DNA of 64,000 bases from Vulcanimicrobiales bacterium (GCA_038231455.1 JBBRLI010000005.1:96001-160000), one strand, 5' to 3'. Shown: positions 26,614-37,301, numbered from the stretch's first letter. Notes: a model not told the origin generated them from the letters alone. Translations and numbers: made by a program.

Positions 26614-27138
26614 TCAATACCAGCGTCGAAACTTGTCTCGTCGGTTGAAGGCGAGAAGCCGAAGCGTTGAACCGGCCTGCTCGATCAACCCAGCTCGAAC
26701 GAGTTCCGTTACGGCGTGTGGAGCGCGTTCGATTACGGGAGCGAGCCTGTTCCCGTCCACGAGAAAGCTCAGCGACGCAAGATCGATCGCCGGATCCGCG
26801 AGCCAAAGACTATCCTGTTCGTCGATCATGGTGAGTAGCAGATCGGCGGCTTCATGGGAGAGATCCCAATAGGCGCTATCACCGACACCATCTGCCGAAA
26901 TCACCGGCGAACCTTTTCGGTAGCCGAAATGCTCTTGGCACTGAAACGTGAGGCAGTGGCCACCGTCATATCGCGGAGCGGTTTCGCAGCCGCAAGAAAA
27001 CGACAAATTCCCGCCCACGAGCGCCTTCACGGGATCTGAAGCAAGCCATACTCGCGAAAAGCTCCCAAGCGAATAGGCCGCCGGCTCGCCGAGCACGGCC
27101 GCCAACTCCTCTAGCGTGTACGTTCCACCCTCGCGCAT
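26614..27138 (-). CDS. hypothetical protein with Cys/His cluster (174 aa)
   Basis: The 3' part of ORF 26614..27603 that does not overlap valS; start ATG 27138 (MREGGTYTLEEL); SCGC...HCLTFQCQEH. Confidence 0.6.
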   Translation of the reverse strand: MREGGTYTLEELAAVLGEPAAYSLGSFSRVWLASDPVKALVGGNLSFSCGCETAPRYDGGHCLTFQCQEHFGYRKGSPVISADGVGDSAYWDLSHEAADLLLTMIDEQDSLWLADPAIDLASLSFLVDGNRLAPVIERAPHAVTELVRAGLIEQAGSTLRLLAFNRRDKFRRWY

Positions 27139-27192
27139 CAGATCGATCCGATTCGTAGGGTGCGTCCGGCTCGCCCGCAAACAACGGGGCCG

Positions 27193-29823
27193 ATGCATAC
27201 CGACGGGCGCCCTGAACTTCCGAAAACCTACGAACCCTCCGAAGTCGAGCCGCGCCGCTACGCCGAGTCGCTTGCTCGCGGGGTGTTCCACGAAGACCCC
27301 GACCCGGCGCGGCCGGCATTTATCATCTCGATGCCGCCGCCGAACATTACGGGGCGCGCGCACCTCGGCCACGGCTCGACCTATACGCCGATGGACATTC
27401 TCACGCGCTACCACCGGATGCTCGGCGAGAACGCTGACTGGCTGCCCGGCCAAGATCACGCCGCGATCGCAACGGAGACCGTGCTCGTGCGCGAGCTGGC
27501 AAAAGAGGGCCTCACGCGCAACAGCCTCGGGCGCGAAGCGTATCTCGAACGGGCATGGCAATGGCGCGATCAATACGGCGATACGATCGACTCGCAGTTC
27601 CAAATGCTGGGCTTCGGGCCCGACTGGGATCGCAAACGCTTCACGATGGATCCGCCGCTCTCGGCTGCGGTCATCCGCGTTTTCGTGCGACTGTATCGCG
27701 AGGGCTTGATCTATCGCGGAACGCGCTTAGTCAATTGGGATATCAAGGCCCAATCCACGCTCTCCGATGCGGAAGTCGAATACGAAGAACGCAACGCGAA
27801 AATTTGGGAAATCCGCTACGAGACGGAAGACGCGAGTGGCAGCATCGTCGTCGCGACGACGCGACCCGAGACGATGCTCGGCGATACGGCAATCGCCGTC
27901 CATCCAAGTGACGCACGCTACTCCTCGTTGATCGGTAAGAACGTGATCTTACCGCTGGTGAACCGATCGATTCCGGTGATCGCCGATGCCTCGGTGCTTA
28001 GCGACTTCGGCACAGGCGCTGTGAAAGTGACGCCCGGGCACGATCCGAGCGACTACGAAATCGGCCAGCGCCACAATCTGCCGATGCCAAGCGTCATCGC
28101 ACTCGACGGAACGATGAGCGGCGATGTCGGCCGGTACGAAGGCATGGACCGCCTCGACGCGCGCAAAGCGATCGTCGAGGACTTGCGCTCGAGCGGTGCA
28201 CTCGTGAGCGAGAAAGACTATCTGCAGAAAGTCTCGATCAGTTCGCGGTCGGGCGAAGTGATCGAACCGCTGCTCTCGCTGCAGTGGTTCTGCAAAATGG
28301 AGTCGCTTGCGAAGCCTGCGGTCGAGGCGTATCGCAAGGGCAAGATCAGGTTTGTCCCGGAGCGCTTTGGTCGCACGTACGAAAACGGATTTGAGAACCT
28401 GCGCGATTGGAACATCTCGCGGCAAATCTGGTGGGGCCATCAGCTTCCCGTTTGGTACACGCCAAACGACGAAGTCGTCGTCGCGGAATCCGAAGACGAA
28501 GCGCTTGCGATCGCTGAGCGCGATTTCAAAACGCGCGAGTTGCGTCGCGATCCCGACACCCTCGACACGTGGTTCTCAAGCGGCCTGTGGCCGTTCTCGA
28601 TTCTCGGCTGGCCGGACGAGACGGCCGAGATGGCGCACTGGTATCCCAACCAAGTGATGATCACCGGACGCGATATCATCTTCTTGTGGATCGCGCGCAT
28701 GGTGATGCTCGGGCTCCATTTTGCGGACGATATCCCGTTTCGCACGGTGTTCGTTGCGCCGCTCGTGTTCGACAAGCACGGGCGCAAAATGTCAAAATCG
28801 CTCGGCAATTCGATCGATCCGCTCGACCTGATCAAGGAGTACGGTGCCGACGCGACGCGCTTTGGCATCATCAAACAGATGCGTCTCGAATCGCAAGAGC
28901 TGCGGTTCGACGAGCGCGCGTGCGATGATGCGCGGCGCTTCAATACCAAGCTGTGGAACGCGCTCCGGTTTATTTGTTCGCTCGAGGAAGGGTTGCCGAC
29001 GGCATCGCGCCTTCCGAAGAACGACGAACTCACCGTTGCCGATAAGTGGATTCTCACGCGCTTGCGTGAGACCGTCATCAAAATCACCGAGGCCTTCGAC
29101 CGCTTCGAATTCGGCACCGCGGCCGACGAACTGCTCGACTTCGGTTGGTTTACGTTTTGCGATTGGTATCTCGAAGCCTCAAAAGCCCCGGGCGAACGCG
29201 CGACGCGCGCTTCGGTGCTTTCGTATGTGTTCAATGCGTTCGTTCGGCTCATGCATCCGATCGCGCCGTTCATCACCGAGGAAATCTGGCAGCAACTCCC
29301 GCACGACGGCGCGACGATCGTCACGGCTTCGTGGCCGGATCCGTTGCAAGACCTTGCCTACTACGATGGTGCGGGCGGCAGCTTCGAGGCGGCGCGGACG
29401 GATTTTGAAGCCTTTATCGTGAGTGCTGGAACCATCCGCAACGTGAAAGCCGAGATGGGCATGGGGCCGAAAGACCGGCTCACGCTGGATGTTCCGCCGG
29501 GTCTGCCGGACTGGGTCGCCGAGCAGTTCGCCGTGCATGCAAAAGCTGAGCTCGTCGTTGATGCAGCGCGCGTCGCGGGGCCGACGCTTGCCGAAAAGCT
29601 CGCCACGATCACCGCGCAAGCGCCCACGGGACTCTTGCGGGAACGCTACACACGCGAGATCGCAAAACTCCAGAGCGAGGTCGAGCGCGGCGAGAAGAAG
29701 CTCGCGAACGAATCGTTCATCGCCAAAGCCGCCCTCGACGTCGTGGAGAAAGAGCGCGAGAAGCTCGCCGGCTACGGGCGCGACCTCGCGCGCGTCCGCG
29801 ACGAGCTTGCCAAGCTTGGATGA
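27193..29823 (+). CDS. valS: valyl-tRNA synthetase
   Basis: PPPNITGRAHLGH, DHAAIAT, TTRPET, DWNISRQIWWGH, DTWFSS, KMSKS and C-terminal coiled-coil arm. Confidence 0.97.
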   Translation: MHTDGRPELPKTYEPSEVEPRRYAESLARGVFHEDPDPARPAFIISMPPPNITGRAHLGHGSTYTPMDILTRYHRMLGENADWLPGQDHAAIATETVLVRELAKEGLTRNSLGREAYLERAWQWRDQYGDTIDSQFQMLGFGPDWDRKRFTMDPPLSAAVIRVFVRLYREGLIYRGTRLVNWDIKAQSTLSDAEVEYEERNAKIWEIRYETEDASGSIVVATTRPETMLGDTAIAVHPSDARYSSLIGKNVILPLVNRSIPVIADASVLSDFGTGAVKVTPGHDPSDYEIGQRHNLPMPSVIALDGTMSGDVGRYEGMDRLDARKAIVEDLRSSGALVSEKDYLQKVSISSRSGEVIEPLLSLQWFCKMESLAKPAVEAYRKGKIRFVPERFGRTYENGFENLRDWNISRQIWWGHQLPVWYTPNDEVVVAESEDEALAIAERDFKTRELRRDPDTLDTWFSSGLWPFSILGWPDETAEMAHWYPNQVMITGRDIIFLWIARMVMLGLHFADDIPFRTVFVAPLVFDKHGRKMSKSLGNSIDPLDLIKEYGADATRFGIIKQMRLESQELRFDERACDDARRFNTKLWNALRFICSLEEGLPTASRLPKNDELTVADKWILTRLRETVIKITEAFDRFEFGTAADELLDFGWFTFCDWYLEASKAPGERATRASVLSYVFNAFVRLMHPIAPFITEEIWQQLPHDGATIVTASWPDPLQDLAYYDGAGGSFEAARTDFEAFIVSAGTIRNVKAEMGMGPKDRLTLDVPPGLPDWVAEQFAVHAKAELVVDAARVAGPTLAEKLATITAQAPTGLLRERYTREIAKLQSEVERGEKKLANESFIAKAALDVVEKEREKLAGYGRDLARVRDELAKLG

Positions 29824-29856
29824 ACGAAAAGGCCAGGGGCAGCCGGGAGCCGTAAT

Positions 29857-30429
29857 TTGAGCGGAATCGTGACTAGCCCGCTGCTCGGCAAACGCCGTAC
29901 ACTCATGTCCCCCGATGAGATCGACCGCGCGATCGCTCGCATGGCGCATCAAATCGTCGAGCCGAGTGATGCACAGGACGGCCTTCTTTTGATTGGGATT
30001 CGCCGTGGCGGCGAGTCGCTGGCGCGTCGGCTTGCATCGAAGATCGCGGAGATTCGCGGCAGCACCCCGACCTTGGGTTTTCTCAATATCAACCTGTATC
30101 GCGATGACGATGTGGCGCGCGATCTGCCCGAGTCCGAGATTCGCGGCGAGATCACCGGGCGCACCGTCGTCGTCGTCGATGATGTTCTCTATACCGGCCG
30201 CACCGTGCGTGCGGCCCTGGATGCCGTGACCGACCTCGGCCGTCCGAATGCGATCCGCCTTGCGGTGTTGATCGATCGCGGTCTGCGCGAACTGCCCGTT
30301 CAAGCCGACTATATCGGTAAACTGATTCCCACGAGCCGGAGCGAGCGCATCGACGTAGCGTTATCCCCGCAGCGCTCCGAACGCGACGAAGTCGTCGTGA
30401 TCGCCGATGAGGACCGTGCCGGCACGTAA
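29857..30429 (+). CDS. pyrR: pyrimidine operon regulator/uracil phosphoribosyltransferase
   Basis: ARMAHQIVE, LYRDD, VDDVLYTGRTVRAA, DRGLRELPVQADYIG. Confidence 0.95.
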   Translation: MSGIVTSPLLGKRRTLMSPDEIDRAIARMAHQIVEPSDAQDGLLLIGIRRGGESLARRLASKIAEIRGSTPTLGFLNINLYRDDDVARDLPESEIRGEITGRTVVVVDDVLYTGRTVRAALDAVTDLGRPNAIRLAVLIDRGLRELPVQADYIGKLIPTSRSERIDVALSPQRSERDEVVVIADEDRAGT

Positions 30430-31330
30430 TTTGCTCGACGTCGATGACGTCACACGTACCGAACTTTCCGCTCTCCTCGATCGTGCCGCCGCTTTCAAAC
30501 GCGAGGGCGCCGCGCGCGACTTGCTCGCCGGAGTGCCGGTCCTCAACTTGTTCTTCGAGGCGAGCACGCGCACGGCGACCTCGTTCACGCTTGCCGAACA
30601 ACGCGTGGGTGCCGACATCATTTCGTTTGCGCCGGGGACGTCGAGTTTAGGGAAAGGTGAGACGATTGCTGACACTGCGCTCACCCTCCACGGCATCGGC
30701 GTGCGCGTCATCGTCGTTCGCCACCCGGAGTCGGGTTTCGCGCGCCGGCTTGCCGACGCGTTCGACGGTCACGTGGTCAACGCGGGCGACGGCGCGCACG
30801 CGCACCCGACGCAGGCACTGCTCGATCTGATGACCCTGCGGAACGAATTCGGCGGCTTCGACGGACTGCGCGTTGCGATCGTGGGGGATATCATCCACTC
30901 GCGTGTGGCACGCTCGAACATCGTCGGGATGACGATGCTTGGCATCGACGTCATGCTCGTTGGACCGCGTACGCTCTTGCCCGATGCAATGGAACGCCCG
31001 GGCGTGCGCATCTCGCGCGATCTCGATGCCGTCCTTCCCGAAGTCGATGCGGTCATGATGCTGCGTATCCAACACGAGCGCATCACCTCGAGCCTCTTAC
31101 CGGCCCTAAACGACTATACACGCAACTATCAACTCAACCGCTCGCGACTGCGCGCGCTCAAGGCAACAGCGGTGATCCTGCACCCCGGCCCGTACAATCG
31201 CGGCATCGAACTCACCGACGACGCGCTTGCCGATCAGCGGTCGCGGTACAAAGTTCAAGTCGAAAACGGCGTCTTCGTGCGCATGGCCGTACTCGACCAT
31301 CTCGTCAACGGCGCTGCGGTGCCCGCATGA
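30407..31330 (+). CDS. pyrB: aspartate carbamoyltransferase catalytic subunit
   Basis: FFEASTRT, KGET, NAGDG..HPTQ, HSRVARS, LRIQHER, HPGP.NRG. Confidence 0.96.
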   Translation: MRTVPARNLLDVDDVTRTELSALLDRAAAFKREGAARDLLAGVPVLNLFFEASTRTATSFTLAEQRVGADIISFAPGTSSLGKGETIADTALTLHGIGVRVIVVRHPESGFARRLADAFDGHVVNAGDGAHAHPTQALLDLMTLRNEFGGFDGLRVAIVGDIIHSRVARSNIVGMTMLGIDVMLVGPRTLLPDAMERPGVRISRDLDAVLPEVDAVMMLRIQHERITSSLLPALNDYTRNYQLNRSRLRALKATAVILHPGPYNRGIELTDDALADQRSRYKVQVENGVFVRMAVLDHLVNGAAVPA

Positions 31331-32628
31331 ACGCGCTCATCATCCAAGGGGGCCGGGTGATCGACCCCTCGCAGGGACTCGATGCGGTCCGCGATGTGCT
31401 CGTACGCGATGGCAAAATCGCCGCGATCGGCGAACACCTCGATGTCGGGACGGCGACGGTCGTCGATGCGCGGGGATTGATCGTCGCCCCGGGTTTCATC
31501 GACATGCACGTGCATTTACGCGAGCCGGGTCAAACGCACAAAGAAACGATCGCGACCGGGAGCGCCGCGGCCGTTGCCGGCGGCTTTACCGCGGTCTGCG
31601 CGATGCCCAACACGACCCCCGCAATGGATTCGCCGGCCACGCTTGCCGAAGTCGCGCGCCTCGCGGGGGCAGCCGGCCTTGCGCGCATCTACCCGGTCGC
31701 TGCGATTACCAAGGATCGCGCAGGCGTCGAACTCGCACCGTATCATTTGCTCTCCGATGCGGGAGCCGTTGCTTTTAGCGACGACGGCAATACGGTCGAG
31801 AATCCGCGCGTGTTACGCCAGGCCGCACGCTACGCAAAAGATCTCGATCAACCGTTCATCTCGCACTGCGAGGATGCGCAGCTCAAAGGCAGCGCCGTTA
31901 TGAACGAAGGCTTTTCATCGGCGAAACTTGGCCTTGAGGGTTCGCCCAACGTGGCCGAAGAGATCGTGATCGCGCGCGATCTGCTGATCGCCGCCGATAC
32001 GAAGAAACCGTGGCACATCGCGCACTTGAGCACGGCGACGGGACTCGATTTGATGCGCTGGGCCCGCGCGCGCGGTGCAGCGGTCACCTGCGAAGTGACG
32101 CCGCACCACCTGCTGGTTCACGACGATCTCTTTGATGATTACCGCGCTGAGGGCAAAGTGAATCCGCCGCTGCGCGACCCCAGCGACTCCTCGGCTTTGC
32201 GCGCGGGCGTTCGCGATGGGTCGATCGAGGTTTTCGCAACCGATCACGCACCGCACGGCATGGATGAAAAAGCGCAACTGCTCAGTGCGGCGCCGGTCGG
32301 CTTCACGGGTCTCGAAATCGCGCTCGGCGCCTACGCCCACGCAATGCCCGATCTGCCGCTCGATCGTTTCATCGCGTGCTTCTCGACGAACCCCGCGCGC
32401 ATCTTGCATTTGCCCGGCGGGACACTACGCCTAGGCGCGCCAGCCGATATCACGGTCTTCGGCGAACAGCCGTGGATCGTCAATGCCAAAACGTTCCATT
32501 CGAAAGGCAAAAACACGCCATTCGACGGCTGGTCGTTCGCGCGGCGCGCGATCGTTACGATCGTCGACGGACACATCGTCTATCAGAACGGCGAGATTCT
32601 CACGACCCGACGCGCGATGCACGTATGA
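31327..32628 (+). CDS. pyrC: dihydroorotase
   Basis: DMHVHLREPG, MPNT, FSDDG, SHCED, EVTPHHL, KVNPPLR, ATDHAPH. Confidence 0.95.
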   Translation: MNALIIQGGRVIDPSQGLDAVRDVLVRDGKIAAIGEHLDVGTATVVDARGLIVAPGFIDMHVHLREPGQTHKETIATGSAAAVAGGFTAVCAMPNTTPAMDSPATLAEVARLAGAAGLARIYPVAAITKDRAGVELAPYHLLSDAGAVAFSDDGNTVENPRVLRQAARYAKDLDQPFISHCEDAQLKGSAVMNEGFSSAKLGLEGSPNVAEEIVIARDLLIAADTKKPWHIAHLSTATGLDLMRWARARGAAVTCEVTPHHLLVHDDLFDDYRAEGKVNPPLRDPSDSSALRAGVRDGSIEVFATDHAPHGMDEKAQLLSAAPVGFTGLEIALGAYAHAMPDLPLDRFIACFSTNPARILHLPGGTLRLGAPADITVFGEQPWIVNAKTFHSKGKNTPFDGWSFARRAIVTIVDGHIVYQNGEILTTRRAMHV

Positions 32629-33710
32629 ACCGCGCGTCACTCTTTCTTGCGGACGGCTCGCGCTTCGATGGCGAAGGGCTCGGTACGACGGGTATCGCGC
32701 TTGGCGAGGCGGTCTTTTACACCGGCATGACGGGGTATGAGGAAGCGCTTACGGATCCATCGTACGCGGGACAAATCCTCACGTTCACCTATCCGCTCAT
32801 CGGCAATTACGGCATCTCGCGCGTTGTCTCACAACATCCGACGGCCTGCGTCGCGGGCGCGGTGATCAAGCGACTGGCGCTTCGGCCCTCACATTTCGAG
32901 AGCACGATCGATCTTGGCGCGTGGCTCGACGAGCAGAAGATTCCCACGATCGTCGGCATCGATACGCGTGCGCTCACGATTCTCTTGCGCGATCACGGCA
33001 CGATCGCATCGGCGCTTGCGGTGGGCGATGAAGCGATCGGGCAGGCCGAAGTAAAACTCGCCGCCTACGCACGCAACCCGTCGACGAGCGGACTCGTGGC
33101 GAGTGTCGCAACCGGTTACGAACATGAGGCCGGTCGCATACCGAAGACGGGACATCGCGTCGTGGTGCTCGATTGCGGCGTCAAGCGCGCGATCATTCGC
33201 GAACTCGAAGCACTCGATGCGAACGTGACGGTCTTGCCGTACGTCGCATCGCGCGATGAGATCCTCGCCGCAAAACCCGAGGCGCTCGTGATTTCCCCTG
33301 GACCCGGCGACCCGCGCGAACTCGGTACAACCGTCGAACTGCTCCGTAGCCTCGTTGGCGAACTGCCGATGTTCGGCGTGTGTCTTGGACATCAACTTTT
33401 AGCCCTCGCCCTTGGCGCCGAGACGATCAAACTCAAGTACGGTCATCGCGGCGGAAACCAGCCCGTGAAAGATATCCAGCGCAACCAAGTGATCGTCACC
33501 GCGCACAATCACGGCTACGCGGTCGAAGGTGCATCGCTGCCAGCACATCTCGAAGCAACGATGGTCAACCTCAACGACAATACCAACGAAGGCTTCCGCC
33601 ATCGCACGCTGCCGATCGCTGCGGTGCAGTTCCATCCCGAAGCATCGCCCGGACCGGACGATGCGCGCTATCTGTTTGCGGAGTGGCTCGGGGCGCTTTC
33701 GCGCGACTGA
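32625..33710 (+). CDS. carA: carbamoyl-phosphate synthase small subunit
   Basis: TGMTGYEE..TDPSY, SPGPGDP, GVCLGHQ, GHRGGNQP, QFHPEASPGP; ATG 32625. Confidence 0.96.
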   Translation: MNRASLFLADGSRFDGEGLGTTGIALGEAVFYTGMTGYEEALTDPSYAGQILTFTYPLIGNYGISRVVSQHPTACVAGAVIKRLALRPSHFESTIDLGAWLDEQKIPTIVGIDTRALTILLRDHGTIASALAVGDEAIGQAEVKLAAYARNPSTSGLVASVATGYEHEAGRIPKTGHRVVVLDCGVKRAIIRELEALDANVTVLPYVASRDEILAAKPEALVISPGPGDPRELGTTVELLRSLVGELPMFGVCLGHQLLALALGAETIKLKYGHRGGNQPVKDIQRNQVIVTAHNHGYAVEGASLPAHLEATMVNLNDNTNEGFRHRTLPIAAVQFHPEASPGPDDARYLFAEWLGALSRD

Positions 33711-34564
33711 TCGCGATCCTTATCGCGTTCGCCGCGCTCGCATCCCCGGTTGCCGCCGAGCAACTCGCGCGGCTGCACGTCACGAATTTGGCGCTGGGCG
33801 CCGATCGCACGCACGTGAAGATCGGCGAGCGGTTTTCAATTTACGTGCGCGTTCACGTGAACGAAAAAATCGATCGCATCGACAATCTGGTGTTGCCGAA
33901 TCTGCTCGACTTCAACAATCTTGGCGACGAACATACGCGCCAGATTACGCCGAAGGGGACGGACTGGACCGAGCGCGTGATCCTCGAGGCACCTCAGGCC
34001 GGCACGTTCACGATCCCCCCGGCGTTCTTCGATGCGGTCAACGCGGCGAACGGAAAACCATCGCGATTCTCATCGAACACCCTGACGATCGTCGTCGCCG
34101 GGCCATCCCCACTCGATGATCCCGGGGCGCTTGGACGACGGATCCTCGGCATCGCCCTTGCGATCATCGGCGTCCTCGCCGCTATTTTTGTGTTGCTCGT
34201 GCTCTTCGTGGTGCGCAGGCGCCGGGTGCCGCGGGCTTCCCCATCATCGCCACAGCCGCAAACGCCGACGATCGTTCGCGTCATCGATCCGAACGAGGCA
34301 CTGCGTGCGGCACTCTGCGATGCGGAGCGCGCGCGGACGCGCGCCAGCATGCTTGCACTGCGCGGCGAGCTCTTCGCCCGTGAAGGCGTACCGCGCGGCG
34401 CAACGACCCGCGATGCGCTCGAGCGCATTCCCGCGGGCGCGAACGGCGTGCGTCTCGCGGTCGGTCACCTCGAGCGCGCGGCGTTCGGGCCAGACGATCG
34501 GCTCGACACCGCAATCGAAGAAGCGCTCGCAGCAGTCGAGAACCTGCTGCGTAGCGGTGGCTGA
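33683..34564 (+). CDS. BatD-like exported/membrane protein
   Basis: Signal peptide, beta-rich domain ending AGTFTIPPA...SNTLTIVV, TM helix followed by RRRR; next to MoxR-DUF58-VWA. Start GTG 33683 (or CTG 33707). Confidence 0.7.
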   Translation: MARGAFARLIAILIAFAALASPVAAEQLARLHVTNLALGADRTHVKIGERFSIYVRVHVNEKIDRIDNLVLPNLLDFNNLGDEHTRQITPKGTDWTERVILEAPQAGTFTIPPAFFDAVNAANGKPSRFSSNTLTIVVAGPSPLDDPGALGRRILGIALAIIGVLAAIFVLLVLFVVRRRRVPRASPSSPQPQTPTIVRVIDPNEALRAALCDAERARTRASMLALRGELFAREGVPRGATTRDALERIPAGANGVRLAVGHLERAAFGPDDRLDTAIEEALAAVENLLRSGG

Positions 34565-34600
34565 CGGTCGCGGCGCGGGCCGCGCCGAAGGATGGAGACA

Positions 34601-35551
34601 ATGATCGGATCGCACACTCGCCCCGTCGCGCTTCTCGATGCGCTCGGCCGCAGTATCGTCGGACAACGTCCCGTCCTCGAAACGCTGGTCCTCACCGTCA
34701 TCGCGGGCGGCCACGTGCTGCTCGAAGGCGCGCCGGGCGTTGCAAAAACGCTCGCCTGCCGCGCGCTCGCCGCAGCGATCGGCGGAACGTTCCGCCGCAT
34801 TCAATTCACCCCCGATCTCTTACCGAGCGACATCGTCGGGACGCGTGTCTTCGATCAGCGCAGTGCGACGTTCGCAACCGTCCCCGGGCCGATTTTCGCA
34901 AACGTTGTCCTCGCCGATGAGATCAACCGAGCACCCGCCAAAGTGCAATCCGCCCTGCTCGAGGGGATGCAAGAGCACCACGCAACGATCGGCCCCGAGA
35001 CGCTTCCGTTTCCCGATCCGTTCGTCGTGCTGGCAACGATGAATCCCCTCGACGGCGATGGGACCTACGCCCTGCCGCTCGCACAGATGGACCGCTTTCT
35101 TGCCAAAGTCATCGTGGGCTATCCCGGTCGCGACGACGAGCGTGCGATCGTGGACCGGTTCGGTTCGAGCGACGTCGTCTTGCCCGAGAACGTCGTCTCG
35201 CTCGAGGATGTGCGGTCGTGGCGGACTGCGGCGCGCGCGGTATTCCTCGATGCAAAGCTCCGTGACTACATCGTCGATATCGTTCGCGCGACACGCGAAC
35301 CGGCGCTCCTTGGAGACTTCGGGAAATACATCGAATCCGGCGCGAGCCCGCGTGCGGCACTTGCGCTGTCCCAACTCGTTCGCGCCCGCGCATTCCTCGA
35401 AGATCGCGATTTTGCAACGCCCGATGACGTGCGCGACCTTGCCCCAAGCGTCTTACGCCACCGAATCGCGTACGGCTACCGCGTCGCAACCGACGGTATC
35501 GATGTTGAGGCAATCGTCGCTGCCGCGATCGGCGCGGTCCACGCACCGTGA
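34601..35551 (+). CDS. MoxR family AAA+ ATPase
   Basis: LLEGAPGVAKT, RIQFTPDLLPSD, LADEINRAPAKVQSALLE, GASPR, LRHR. Confidence 0.93.
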   Translation: MIGSHTRPVALLDALGRSIVGQRPVLETLVLTVIAGGHVLLEGAPGVAKTLACRALAAAIGGTFRRIQFTPDLLPSDIVGTRVFDQRSATFATVPGPIFANVVLADEINRAPAKVQSALLEGMQEHHATIGPETLPFPDPFVVLATMNPLDGDGTYALPLAQMDRFLAKVIVGYPGRDDERAIVDRFGSSDVVLPENVVSLEDVRSWRTAARAVFLDAKLRDYIVDIVRATREPALLGDFGKYIESGASPRAALALSQLVRARAFLEDRDFATPDDVRDLAPSVLRHRIAYGYRVATDGIDVEAIVAAAIGAVHAP

Positions 35552-36366
35552 ACCCGCTGCGCGCCGCAATCGCTCGCGGAGCTCGCCGGCCAAACACGCG
35601 CGGGCCCGGTGCGATCGCGCGCCGGGCGGGTGAAGGCTACGAGTTCGCGCAGTTGCGCGGCTACGCCGAAGGTGACGATCCGCGGCGGATCGATTGGGCC
35701 GCAAGCGCACGCATCGGCGCGTTGCAGACGCGCGTGTACCTCGATGAAAATGCGCTCGTCTTCGCGGCTATTCTGGATGAGTCGGCTTCGATGCGCGTCG
35801 GTCGCAAACGCTCGCTCCTCGACGCGGGAAACGACGCGCTCGGCGCGTGGTTCGGAGCGGCCGAAGAAGAAGATCGTTCGCGTCGGATTATCGACGGTGC
35901 ACCGGTTGGTCCGAGCACCCTGCGCGGAACGCGCGGCGCACGGGTCGCAATCGATGCGCGCGGTAGCGGGAGCTTCAATCTTGGTCGCGAGTTGCTAACC
36001 GCAATACACGTCTTGCCGCGCGGTTCGGCGCTCCTGGTGATCTCGGATTTTTTCGATCTGACAAACGACGATGACGACGCTACCCTCGCCCGAGCTGGCG
36101 CGCGTCTTGACGCAACGGCGCTCATCGCACGCGACCCGTGGATGACCGACATGCCGCTTGCGGGGTTTGTTCGCTTGCGTGATGCGGAGTCGGGTCGCGT
36201 GCGCCGTGTCTTCGTCGGCAAACGTCAGCGCGAACGCTACCGAATCACCTCTGCCGAACGCGACGCCGCGATTCGCGAACGACTTCGCGCCCACGGTTGG
36301 CGGATTGGCACGCTCGATGAGCGCGACGGTCGCGGATCGCTCTACCACGCATTCGGTGTGCGATGA
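35548..36366 (+). CDS. DUF58 domain protein
   Basis: GYEFAQLRGYAEGDDPRRIDW, LDESASM, VISDF. Confidence 0.88.
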   Translation: MNPLRAAIARGARRPNTRGPGAIARRAGEGYEFAQLRGYAEGDDPRRIDWAASARIGALQTRVYLDENALVFAAILDESASMRVGRKRSLLDAGNDALGAWFGAAEEEDRSRRIIDGAPVGPSTLRGTRGARVAIDARGSGSFNLGRELLTAIHVLPRGSALLVISDFFDLTNDDDDATLARAGARLDATALIARDPWMTDMPLAGFVRLRDAESGRVRRVFVGKRQRERYRITSAERDAAIRERLRAHGWRIGTLDERDGRGSLYHAFGVR

Positions 36367-37286
36367 CCTTCGCGCATCCCGCACTCCTGTTGTTGGCTAT
36401 CGCCGTCGCCGTAGCGTTCGTTTTCGCGTACCGCACCCTCGAACGGCGTGCGTCAAACACGGCTCTCGCGTATAGCGACCTTGCGTTTGCGGAAGCGGCT
36501 TTTCAATCGCGTGTCCCTTGGGCCGCGATCCTGCTCGGAGCGTGGACGCTCGCACTTTTGTGCATCGGCACGGCGCTTGCGGGTCCGCATTTTAGCGCGC
36601 GCGTGCCGGTTAGTGACGGCAGCGTGATGCTGTGTGTCGATACGTCGGGATCGATGGCCGCACCCGACATCGCACCGACACGCTCGGAGGCCTCGAAAGC
36701 CGCCGTACGCGCGTTTATCGACGGAACTCCGGGAGCGACGCGTATCGGCATCGTCGCGTTTTCAAGTTTCGCCAACCTGATCGCACCGCTGACGGATGAC
36801 CGAACGATTTTACGGGATGCCGTCGAGCGCATTCCGCCACCGAACGGTGGCACGGCGATCGGCGAGGCGCTCGCGGCAGCAGCGCAAGCCTTACCCGATC
36901 GGGGACACCGCGCAATCGTGCTCATCACCGACGGGATCAACAATATCGGACGCGATCCTCTTACCATTTCGCAGGCGATCGGCGCCCGCGGCATCACCAT
37001 TTATACGATCGGCATCGGCACGAACAACAGCGGCGAGCTGATCCCCGGAACAAGAGAAGAAGCGCAAATCGACGAGGATGCCCTTCGGGCATTCGCGCAA
37101 GCCGCACACGGCGACTACGCTCGCGTGAGTGATGCGGGCGGGCTCCGCAGGAAACTTGCGGCACTGGCGCGTTCGAGCATCTGGGAGAAGTCCCGGGTCG
37201 ACGCGTCGCTCGGATTCGCGGTCAGCGGCGGCACGCTGATGATTCTCGCACTCTTCGGTTCCCTGACATTCGGCCGCATTCCGTAG
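36363..37286 (+). CDS. VWA domain membrane protein (BatA-like)
   Basis: MTFAHP + TM, ALAGP, MIDAS DTSGSM, GTAIG, LITDG, IYTIGIG. Confidence 0.9.
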   Translation: MTFAHPALLLLAIAVAVAFVFAYRTLERRASNTALAYSDLAFAEAAFQSRVPWAAILLGAWTLALLCIGTALAGPHFSARVPVSDGSVMLCVDTSGSMAAPDIAPTRSEASKAAVRAFIDGTPGATRIGIVAFSSFANLIAPLTDDRTILRDAVERIPPPNGGTAIGEALAAAAQALPDRGHRAIVLITDGINNIGRDPLTISQAIGARGITIYTIGIGTNNSGELIPGTREEAQIDEDALRAFAQAAHGDYARVSDAGGLRRKLAALARSSIWEKSRVDASLGFAVSGGTLMILALFGSLTFGRIP

Positions 37287-37301
37287 TCCAAGAAAGAACG
37301 T

